DNA of 63,814 nucleotides, counting the filler. It is 12 parts of 12 records of this genome, joined end to end, with 100 filler letters (N's around TTAATTAATTAA, not from the genome) between each part and the next. Parts side by side here need not be neighbours in the genome. Positions count along the whole stretch, not along the records: positions 54,066 to 57,420 come from SRR7504441_10962; positions 57,521 to 60,520 come from SRR7504441_10966; positions 60,621 to 63,814 come from SRR7504441_10982; 9 more parts are not named here. One strand, written 5' to 3'. Under the pieces are notes generated by a model. The model saw only the letters and a program-made list of their open reading frames with translations. It searched no databases and was not told the origin of the DNA. This document shows positions 54,342-63,814 of this stretch, piece by piece (the first letter of the stretch is position 1; every line of letters begins with the position of its first letter). Position numbers and translations under genes: made by a program.

Positions 54342-57300
54342 CTACAACTCAATTGCATCCTGCGCTTCGCGTGATATCTCGTATTCCCGGTCTTGTTCCT
54401 CGGCATAGCAAGAGGCACACACCAGGCAAAGCTGTGCATGTTGATCGTGATATTGCCTCCATTTGAGCTGGAGCTCCTTTCTGTTTAGCGCTTCGCTGAC
54501 CTCCTTGGTGCAGTCCCCTGAGGGCTCGCGTAGCTCCGCCTGGATAAATTCTTTCAACAATGCAGCAAAAGCCCGCTCGCCTGGTCCCCTCCTCGGGTCA
54601 TTCCACGTGACATGGGATTCGGTTGCATCCAAGTTGGTCTGGCACCGCTGGCACGTCGCGTGGCTGTCAAAGCCAGGGACCGGAATCTGACTTTTCTTGA
54701 AAAGCTCGGTCTGATACTCAATCAACTCGGAAAATTTGTCCTTGGTTGCCTCTCGTCTGTCCTTGTTGGTGGTGTACCGATCAAAGTCCTCCAGAAAGCT
54801 CTCATACCGGCCTGCCTCGAGGTCCACCTGCGAGCCTGAAGCCTTGCTGGCAGATTCTGCCTTCCGCTGATCTATCAAGACGTTCAATTCTGCCAGGAAC
54901 GATCTCGGATCAAACTTTGGAGTTTCTTCAGCCGTCCCAAGCGCGCTATCCGGCGGCTGACGAAGCGCCTCGTACATGAGCGTCGCGGCTGTGTGCTGCA
55001 AGCTGAATGGCACCGCTTCGTCCTGCCGCTTGAGCAGCTGTGTCAACTTTGTGTCGTCCGAGAGCCTCGATGTCTCAGACTGCAGCTGATCAACTTCCTG
55101 CGCCAGCAATCGGCCGCTCGATACCCCCAGGCAGTACTTTTCGAGCCACGAATAGTCCTTAGGCTCATCCTTCTTCTGCCCGTCCTCTCTCTTTGGGTCC
55201 AAGACTACAAGAGGCTCGTCTGGGTGCTTATGACAGCTGTTCTTGTTCAATCGAGAGGCACGGGTCCTTATTGGACTCTTGTCCCTCTGGGGCTCCGACG
55301 ACATCAGCCTTGACGGCACACCTTCAACGTCGTCCCGGCGTGATCTAGACTGAGGCCGCTCTGGGTCCCCAAGCGACATCTCGGACGCATCATCCCGCCG
55401 GTTGAGTCTCGACTTCACCGAACCTGTTGGTTCGTTCAGTTTAGACCGCACTGTTGGTTCGTTCAGTCTAGACCGCACTCCGCCGCCGTAAGTTTCACGC
55501 CGGAGCGCATCCTCGTCTATAATAATGCCGTCATACTCATCCACCTTTGCACGGACCTCTGTATCCGAAAAATTGACTGCGTCAAACAATGAAGGCCTGG
55601 CCACCGAGAGGTGGTCGGCCATTTCAGCCATGGACACTTGAATCCCCGGTTTCAGACTTTTCTCGCCGTCAGGCTCTTTGTCGGACTTGACTGCCGCGGC
55701 ACGAGACCTTATGGCTCCAGTCTCAAGCGCTCCGAGCATCAGCTTGGTGCATTCGATGCACTGGCTGCGGATCGAGCCGTGTGGGCATGTGAGCACGGCC
55801 TTACTGCACACGCGACACTCCCTGAGCGGCTTGCCGTGTATGCATGGCGCGTCCTCGTCCTGCTTATCAAAGACTGGGTTGGTGGCCCACTCCTGAGTTC
55901 GGGTGTGCTTCTCGCGATGCTGTTGATCTGCCCTCTTCCTCAGGTAATAGAGTAGCCCAATCACTGCCACGACCCCAACTGCACCCGCGCCGCCCACCGA
56001 GGTCAAGATGTAGAGCACGGTCTTGTCACTCGAAGCGTTCCAGTCAGGATCCAGCGTCGGCGGAGCAGTGGGCGCCTCAGCCGGGGCACCTGTAGGCGCT
56101 AGTGTGCACACGGAGGTCTGATAGCCGGCAGCGCAGTCTGGTGTGGTAGCATTCTGCCAGAGCTGGTCGGCGCACAAGTCTCTCCCCCCCCCACCTGGTC
56201 CAGTCATTATCACCGTACTACCAGCAGGCGCACATTCAATGGCGTCGCAGCCACACGCCACCGGGTTGCGACTCAGCCCGAGCCGAACGTCAACGCCAAG
56301 CCCGCCGTTTCCGTTACTGGTGGTGGTGGATGGGCTGTAATCCGTCGAAAATCCGTTGATGGTCAGCAGATTGCTGCAGCTCGGGAGTATTGAGCTTGAA
56401 CAGCTTACACCGGACGGGCAGCAGCCTCGAAGGCATAGCGGCGTGTTGGGAAATGTCTCACCTGACGGGCTCGGACAGGCCGGGGCAGTGCAGCTGTCTC
56501 CAGCCGGATGACGCCCCATCACATAGTATCGGTAGAAAAACCTATCAATCGCTGGGCTCACCTTGAACAGCCCGCCGCAGTCGTCGGTGCACTGATCCAC
56601 CCCATACGCCCCTCCAGTTTGCTGCCGCCCAGCTGGCCTGGGCGCGGGGTCGGAGGCACCGAGCAAGTCTTCATCAGTACACCTCCCGCTCCACGCGGCC
56701 CGTAGACGGGAAACCCATCGGCCGCCCAGCCGACCTGAGGTGAGTGCATCGCGGTGGGGTCAGCCAAGTCATCCAGCAGCTGTCCGATCAGGCAATTGGG
56801 CGGCACTGCGCCGCAACTCAGACTCGTCGGGAGGCAGGCAACGACCTTGGCAACTGTAAATCTCGTCCACAGCGCTCTGGCAGCCGCACTGGTCAAAGCT
56901 GTTGCCGTCTGTGAAGACCGCCGACGTGTTCCAATCAGTTGCTGGCTCGATTCCGTTGTACGGACTCACTAGCCGCCCCCCGCTGAAGAGAACCCCCACC
57001 GGCCCAGCCCGGGTCGCGAGCGTCGCCGAAGCGGTGCCCTCCCCGATTGTCGGAGACTGGTCCCTAGCCTCGGGGGTGCTAGGTTGGAGCGACCCGACCA
57101 GCAGAGGATACGCCGGCACGCGGATGGTCTCGGAGGCCGGCTGGGGCGGGCTGGCGGTGCCTAGCGGGTAGAAAGGGTGGTTGGGGCAGTGGTTGGTGAC
57201 GATCGTCCGGGTGCTGTCCGCCCCGATCGTCTCCGAGTAGTAGTAGGACGACCCGTCTGGGCATGGATCAGTGCCGGGCCGGCCGTCGGGTACCTTGGGA

Positions 57301-57420
57301 GCACGGCGGCGCATTTGTTGGTGTGGCGGTGGTTGGTGCGCCAGTTGGTGGGGTTGGCGCTCCGGTGATTGGTGCTGCCGGCGTTGGCGTGCCCCCGGCG
57401 CCCCCCACCAACAAGACCAC
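54342..57420 (-). CDS. Single-pass membrane protein: YHYH-like ectodomain, TM helix, CxHG zinc repeats and HNH-like C-terminal domain; 5' partial
   Basis: Three introns join TNHCPNH..GPVGV..DQCGCQ..|VPPNCL..HSPQVGWAADGFPVYGP..DDCGG..YRYY. Then TM YILTSVGGAGAVGVVAVIGLLYYL, CIHGK..CRVC/CPHGS..CIEC and CQRC..SHV..F..L..F..WRQYHDQHAQLCLVCASC. Confidence 0.75.
55424..55477. repeat. 27-nt coding tandem duplication (VRSRLNEPT/VRSKLNEPT)
   Basis: Two near-identical adjacent copies read directly from the sequence. Confidence 0.85.
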
Positions 57421-57520
57421 NNNNNNNNNNNNNNNNNNNNNNNNNNNNNNNNNNNNNNNNNNNNTTAATTAATTAANNNNNNNNNNNNNNNNNNNNNNNN
57501 NNNNNNNNNNNNNNNNNNNN

Positions 57521-57533
57521 GCTCTTCCGATCT
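57521..57533 (+). other. Illumina adapter remnant
   Basis: GCTCTTCCGATCT, the reverse complement of AGATCGGAAGAGC, sits exactly at the contig start. Confidence 0.85.
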
Positions 57534-57608
57534 AGTGGTGGCGCATGTATAGCTCGATAGCTATTTTTAAACAATTAACATCGTCCTATGTATATATGAT
57601 GGAAAGCG

Positions 57609-58663
57609 TCATTGGTTCTCGGCGACAAACGCTATGAACTCGTCCGCCGTTAGCAGGTCAGGCTGCGCCCTCGCGAAGCCGTCGAGATCACTCAAAAAGT
57701 CCTCAAACCCAAAGTTATCTCGCTCTAACGCCGTAAACCCCGTCTCCCAGGCCTAAAGCGCCAACCTCAGTCCGGGATTGGCCGAGCGGCCAAGCGACCT
57801 GCCTCAGCGGCAACCCCTGGCTACCCGGCCACCCAAGTCGAATCTGGGCTTCCCGCTCGCCCGTCAGCATTGGAGCCTGCTCTCCAAACCTGCTAGCGGC
57901 ATGAGCCAGCTGTCAGGCGCAGCCAGTCTACCACCAATCCAACGCCTGCTGAAGCTCGGCCTGGGTCGCCTCTGAACGGTCGCATCCGGCCACCTGGCTC
58001 CGGCTATCGCTCGCCGACCTCCGGAGCCACCTTTGTCATCTCAAACACGCTCAGACCCTCCGGACCGGCCAGCCGGGCGCCACGGAACCCCAACCTGGAC
58101 TGGTTGGGCACCAGCACCCAGCCCAGGCGCACCCTGCTATGCCGCACAGCCGCTCCAGCAGCGGCGGCGGCGCCAGCACGGATACCACTATGTACAGACC
58201 CCCTGGCCTCCAGTCAGCCAACGGAAACCACCCGGATCACCCTGCTCGAGGCACCGATTCACTTCCATCAGCATTGGCCCCAGCGACGGCGTCTGCCCAG
58301 GCCAGGTGATCAGCGCCGCGGGGCACGCACGCAGAGCAACGCGTCCAGGGTGCCTTTGTCCAGTGCCACGTCGAAACTCCGGTCCGGAAGCTCCTCGGCG
58401 CAGCTGCACAGATCGGCCACCTTCCATGCCATCTCGGGGTGCTCGGCCCGCATAAAGCCGATCAGGGCGCTGTCCACGTCCACGCTAAGCACCCGGTTCA
58501 GCCCGGCCTGGACCAGCCGGGCGGAAAGGTCCGAGTTGCCGCACCCAAGCACCACCAGCCGAGGGTCTGGGCCCTGCTGCCGGATCGCCGGGAGCAGGCT
58601 GCCCGAAAGCTGCTCATACCCGGCCAGCCAGTCGAACCGGCCGGCACAGCCCTCGTCGGTCAT
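57609..58663 (-). CDS. Class I SAM-dependent methyltransferase (EEF1AKMT4/METTL13 N-terminal-like)
   Basis: FDWLAGY, VVLGCGNSDLS, VDVD and SFDVALDKGTLDALL; six GT-AG introns give an open frame to TGA at 57609. Confidence 0.85.
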
Positions 58664-58703
58664 GTGAAGAGACATCCAACGGCAACGGCAAGCACACCGC
58701 ACG

Positions 58704-60323
58704 ATGGTGGACGACGAGGCGAAAAAGCGCAAGGCGGACGAGGGTCTTGCGGGCAAGTCCAGCAAGAAGAAGAAGAGCAAGGAGCCACCGGCCGATCAGC
58801 CCGAGGAGGGCAAGAAAAAGAGCAAGAAGGAAAAGAAGGAGAAGAAGCAGAAGAAGCAGAAGAAGGACAAGCCGCCGGGCACGCCGCGCCGCTCGCCCCG
58901 GCTCGCTGCTATGCAGGCGGGGAACGAGCCGCCGTCGCTGCAGGGGGAGGCGTTCCGGTCGGAGCACGGGATCCGTTCGTGCGGCAGCCTGCCCCTTCCG
59001 GAGCCGATTGTGAGCCTGAGCGAGGCCGGCGGCCCGATCGCAACCGAGCTGGTGGCCGCCATGCGCGAGCGGGGGTTCAGCCAGCCGACCCCGATCCAGG
59101 CGCAGGCCTGGCCAGTGCTGCTGGCCGGGAACGACCTGGTGGCGGTGGCCAAGACGGGCTCAGGCAAGACGCTGGGCTTCCTTGTGCCTGCGCTCACGGC
59201 ACTCAGTAAGTCTCGGCCAGACTGCAGTCGAGGCCCAGCGGTGCTGGTGCTGGCCCCGACCCGCGAGCTGTGCGTGCAGATCGGGGAGGAGGCGTCCAAG
59301 TTCGGGGCGATCGTCAAGCTCGAGGCGGAGACTGTTTACGGAGGCGTCCCCAAGCCGCCACAGGTCAAAGCGCTCCGACGGCGGAAGTGCTGTGTGCTGG
59401 TGGCCACCCCTGGCCGGCTGGTCGACCTGTGCAACGAGGGGGCGGCCGAGCTCGGGGCGGTGGGCTGGCTGGTGCTGGATGAGGCCGACCGGATGCTGGA
59501 TATGGGGTTTGAGAAGGAAATGAAGACTGTGATAGCCCTCGTGCCGCCCAACAGACAGAGCGCCATGTTCACGGCCACCTGGCCCAAGGCTGTGCAGCGG
59601 CTGACCGCCGGGTACTTGAAGCCCGAGTTTGCGCGGATCAACATAGGCGACACTGAAGAGCTTGCAGCCAATAAGGCCGTATCGCAGCGGTTCTACAAAC
59701 TGGATGACACGGAGAAAGAGCGGCAGCTTTGGGTGCTGTGGGACGAGCTCCAGCCAACGGATAAAGTGGCCTGGCCAGTGGCTGGGCCTGAGCGGCGTGT
59801 GCAGATGATTGTGTTTGCAAACACTAAACGGCGGATTGACAACTTGCAGAAGACCATCTGGAAGTATGGGTATCAATGCGTGGTGTGCGGCCGGGCCGGG
59901 CTCGGGCTGGACTGGGGCACAGGCCATGCATGGGGACAAGACCCAGCAGGAGCGCGACCGGGGACTAGCGGACTTCACGTCCGGCAAAATACAGGCAGGC
60001 TGGCCTGAGACTTGGCCTGCCAGCCCGCAGCGCAGGTGCTGATTGCGACCGACGTGTGCGCCCGGGGGCTGGACATCGACGGAGTAAGTCACGTCATCAA
60101 CTTTGACATGGCGCGCGACGTCGAGAGCTATGTCCATAGGATCGGGCGAACCGGCCGGGCTGGGAAATCTGGGACGTCCATCACTTTCTTCAATGAAGAC
60201 TACGATATGGAGTGCGCCCCTGCGCTCGCCAAGATTGCCAAGGAAGCTGGTCAAGATGTGCCGGAGTTTCTCGAGCGCGCTGCAGCAAAGAATGTAAAGA
60301 GCAACAAGCAATGGCGTTACTGA
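58704..60323 (+). CDS. DEAD-box RNA helicase (Dbp3/DDX5-like) with a Lys-rich N-terminus
   Basis: [39 protein letters not shown] and [10 protein letters not shown]; introns of 39 nt (GT), 40 nt (GT) and 41 nt (GC, 59995-60035). Confidence 0.95.
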
Positions 60324-60620
60324 TACCGTTACTGAGAGCGATTGACCTGATTGAGTGAGTACGTGAGCATATACTTTGAACAGTGTTCAGTAATAGATCG
60401 ATTGTCACGGATGATTGATTATTGATTGATCATGGTGTGACGATTGCACACGTCAATTAATCGGATACAGTGTTACAGTTTAAATAACTAGATCTATAAC
60501 TAATATCGTCTTCAACTCCANNNNNNNNNNNNNNNNNNNNNNNNNNNNNNNNNNNNNNNNNNNNTTAATTAATTAANNNNNNNNNNNNNNNNNNNNNNNN
60601 NNNNNNNNNNNNNNNNNNNN

Positions 60621-61286
60621 CGGAGCTGACTACATGAACACCTCGCTCTCAAAGCAGGGCGACCTGGGCAGCCTGCTCCCGGCCATGCCGGCCCAGGCCA
60701 CATGGAAAGCCGGCTCTAGTGCAGAGGTCGCATGGACTGTCTCGGCCCACCACGGCGGGGGCTACGCTTACCGGCTGGCTCCCGCGGACGGCCCGCTCAC
60801 GGAGGAGAACTTCCGCAAGATTCCGCTCGACTTTGTGGGCGATTCAGCGCTCCGGTGGGATGGGAACACAAGCACTGACCTCAAGTTCGACGCGATCGCG
60901 CGCGGCTGGCAGACCAGCACCGGCACTGTGCCGGCCGGGTCCACCTGGCGCAAGTTCCCGATCCCGACCGTGCTCTGGGAGAGGGAGGGGCCGTCATTCG
61001 CTCCGGTGTGTGACGAACTTGAGTCGTGCAAGCGGTACGCGACCGGTTACGGCGGCGGACCCGGCTCTTGTCTGTGCTCCGGCCATTCCAACGGCGGACC
61101 GCTGCTCCCCAACCTGGAGGTGGTGGACCGGGTCCAACTGCCCCAAGGGCTGGCCCCGGGCCGTTACGTGCTCCAGTGGCGCTGGGACTGCGAGGTGTGT
61201 AGTTGGTGTAGGCCTGGCCGCGAGCCTGGGGGCAGGAGACAGACCAGATCTGGGCGAGCTGCTCCGATGTGACTGTAACCGCCTGA
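60621..61286 (+). CDS. LPMO-like / chitin-binding type 4 fold protein (AA10/AA15-related), 5' partial
   Basis: WKAGSSAEVAWTVSAHHGGGYAYRL...VDRVQLP..GRYVLQWRWDCE|ETDQIWASCSDV; one 41-nt intron. Confidence 0.75.
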
Positions 61287-61655
61287 GTGGGCGACACTCG
61301 TTGGAGTTGTATTCTGCCAATGGTATTTTGCCTTGAAGATGCTCGAGATCAGCTCTTATTACATTGAGCGCGTGAAACATTATCAATATTAGTACAGTGC
61401 GAGCATGTGAAGAGATGCGGTACTACAGTGGGCACGGTATGAGCCGGTGCCCCGAGGGATAGGCCTCCTTGTATTTTATAATCTTTATTAAATAAACATA
61501 GTATCTCTACGAATGACGCGTGCTTGCCACGAGTTTATTCGGTACCTTGTACAGTAGATCTACCTAAGTCCTTAATCTACCTTCTACAGTACAATATGTA
61601 CGTACTTTAGTAGTACCTAGTCCTTCACTCCTTCACACTGAACCTCAACCATCGA

Positions 61656-62207
61656 TCAGCCGGCCAGCCACTTGCCCAGGCTGGAGTCCAGCATCAGCCC
61701 GCCCAGCACCAGCTGGGCCGCCGTGTGCAGCTGCCACGCCACCACCACTGCCGCCGGCGTCCTGTGGCTGGCGTATCCCAGCGAATAGACCGGCACCGCC
61801 CCGGCCGTCAGTAGCCAGATACTCAGGTCCAGCCCACTCCCCGGGCTGTCCGGGCCCCCGAAGCGGAGCCAGCCGCTGCCCACCAGCGCACCGAGCAGGA
61901 ACGGGTGAATCCCCATGTATCCGGGCACCCAGCCGGCCATCGGGCGGTACACTTGGCTGTGCAGACCATACAGCCTCCCGACGGCACGCTCGGCCAGCAC
62001 GGAGCACACCAACCCCGTGGCCAGGTAGCAGAGCCCCAGCCCGGCCAGCACCCAAAGCCCGCCGCCCAGAGTCGCATACGCCGCAAGCCCGGCACACAAT
62101 ACGAGCGGCCCACCGACCGGCGACCCACCGGGCCCGCCCTCTTCAGCCATGCGGATGTGCTGCAGCAGCTGCTTCTCCTGCATCTCCTTCATCCGCTTCA
62201 TCTGCAT
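61656..62207 (-). CDS. Hypothetical multi-pass membrane protein
   Basis: ORF with about five hydrophobic segments, followed by an AT-rich 3' region. Confidence 0.55.
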   Translation of the reverse strand: MQMKRMKEMQEKQLLQHIRMAEEGGPGGSPVGGPLVLCAGLAAYATLGGGLWVLAGLGLCYLATGLVCSVLAERAVGRLYGLHSQVYRPMAGWVPGYMGIHPFLLGALVGSGWLRFGGPDSPGSGLDLSIWLLTAGAVPVYSLGYASHRTPAAVVVAWQLHTAAQLVLGGLMLDSSLGKWLAG

Positions 62208-62333
62208 CTCCTTCAGCGCCTCCCCGGCGGGATGGACGCCCGTTGGGAACTCAACTCAGAAATGGTGCAGGGACAGAGACTGATGAGGCGGAGTTGGGGG
62301 CAGGCGACGGAGCCGACCTCGCCGCTGAACCGG

Positions 62334-63538
62334 ATGCGTTCGACCAACAACCCGTTCGCCGGTTCGCGGGGACGTCCAGCCAAGAAGAAGGAGAAGCCGG
62401 CCGACTCAGACAAGAAGAAGCCTCCCCAAGCACGCACGGCAGATGGCACTCCAGCTGGACAGAGCGCGGCGGCCCGGCGGGAGATGTGGCCGCGGCCCGG
62501 CTGGCTCGGGCGAGTGGGGACAGGTGCTCGGGGCTGTTCGACGTGTGTGACAGGGACCGGTCGGGCCGGATCGAGCTGAAGGAGTTTGTGGCGGTTCTCC
62601 AGGCCCAGGACCCAGCCTTGACCGAGCAGGACGCCCGGGCCGGGCTGGAGCGGGTCGGGGCGCAGGGGGGGCTGGACCGGGGGCAGCTGTACGACTGGTG
62701 CGAGCTCACTCTGGGCCAACTGCCCGACGATCAGTTCGCGGAGCAAGTGGAGCAGCTCCGGCTGATCGTTGGGCTCACCCGGGCGCCGGAGCCGCTGGCA
62801 GCCCGGGTGGTGGAGCTGGAGGGCGAGCTGGCGCGGGCCCGCGGGGCGCTGCTGAAGGAGCTTGAAGGAGACTGGCAGAGCAAGGCGGCCCGGCTGCAGG
62901 CGGAGGCAGATGCACACCGGCAGCAGGGCGAGGCGCTCCGGGAGCAGCTTAGAGGGCAGCAAGCAGAGATCAAGGAGCTGAGGCGGCAGCTGAGCAGTGG
63001 AAATTGCAGTGCAATCAAGGAGCTGGCCGAAGAGCTGGAGTCAGTTAAGCATGCGGCCGGGAAGGCGCTGGCGGCCGCCCGTGAGAAGGCAGCTGCGGAC
63101 CTTGAGGAAGCCGATAGGGCATTGAAGAAGGCCCAGGCGGCTCCTGGGGGGGCAGCGGCCATTGCCCGGCTGGAGAGCGAGAAGGCTGAGTTGTGCAGGC
63201 AGCTGGATCTGGCTCGGATTCAGTTGGAGGCCGGGCCGGAGGGCGAGGATGAGTTGGTCAAGGCTCTGATGGAGCAGCAGCACAAGGCCGAGGAGGTCGA
63301 GCTCCTGCAGCGCGAGCTAGAGCGGCTCCGGAAGAGAAACAGCAAGCTGACTGAGCAGCTAGAGCAAACCAATGGGTGCGGATTGAGTAGTGAGAGCAGG
63401 TGCGAGTGCGGTCTAGCTTGCGGGCTAATGGGTGTTGGGGGTAGCCGGTTGATCGCTCAGTTCCGCGAGTTACAGGCCAGCCACGTTGAGCAAACACGCG
63501 GGAGCGGCTACACGTCGTTAAAATGCAAGCCTCCTTGA
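62334..63538 (+). CDS. EF-hand plus coiled-coil protein
   Basis: MRSTNNPF..EM|CSGLFDVCDRDRSGRIELKEF (EF-hand) after a 38-nt intron; long coiled coil. Confidence 0.65.
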
Positions 63539-63814
63539 TGACGATCATTTGTATAAGTATTACATGATTGTGACATGACTAAATGTTCTTAGGCCCTTGC
63601 TGCATGGTGGCGCCGGCGGTGCCTAGAAGGGTGCAGCTGCTCGGGCTGCTCGGGATTGAGTAACACAAACTAACCGAACACCGTGAATAAGGTTTTCTGT
63701 TTCTGTTGCCCGCTGGACGTCATCACGAATCACGCGCTGGCTCGTCTCTCGCTCTAGTCGACTACACGCAGACATAGTGCGATTGCGTCTCGTGACCCGC
63801 GGGCAATTGAAAGC

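Noticed and set aside
57521..57533. Conserved terminal motif at a contig start
   Set aside because: It matches the Illumina adapter sequence.
1..63814. Alternative genetic code or stop-codon readthrough explaining the fragmented ORFs
   Set aside because: Breaks in conserved genes resolve as small GT/GC-AG introns, and TAA, TAG and TGA all terminate recognisable genes.
1..63814. Gene-sized nanochromosomes as in ciliates
   Set aside because: Contig ends have no telomeric repeats and frequently cut through coding sequence.

Overview
This is eukaryotic (protist-like) nuclear DNA, not one locus. Twelve short contigs (about 3-9 kb) are joined by eleven artificial 100-nt spacers (N44-TTAATTAATTAA-N44), so adjacency across spacers means nothing. 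The genome is very compact and uses the standard code. About 35 genes can be reconstructed by hand once small spliceosomal introns (mostly 35-50 nt) are removed; the ORF track fragments most of them. Recognisable products include a peroxisomal multifunctional beta-oxidation enzyme and a peroxisomal citrate synthase (both with PTS2), two aldo-keto reductases, a P1B ATPase, Tim13, an IQ-DH-RGS protein, a Na+/solute symporter, an ALMT/FUSC-like transporter, a photolyase/cryptochrome, V-ATPase subunit G, an M12B peptidase, a SET protein, a Hedgehog-type Hint protein, a YHYH-like membrane protein, a methyltransferase, a DEAD-box helicase and an LPMO-like protein. Three groups of observations stand out. 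(1) Gene architecture: tiny introns with frequent AG|GC donors and no polypyrimidine tract, and repeated head-to-head pairs with only 40-130 bp between start codons. (2) Unusual proteins: a large PAN/Apple + membrane + Hint autoprocessing protein, a receptor-like YHYH-TM-Zn-HNH-like protein, and a bacterial-type P1B-5 ATPase. (3) Disrupted genes: a frameshifted TPR/beta-helix/MYND gene and a pepsin missing about 160-170 internal residues. All assignments come from motif recognition by eye; no searches were run and the taxon cannot be assigned.
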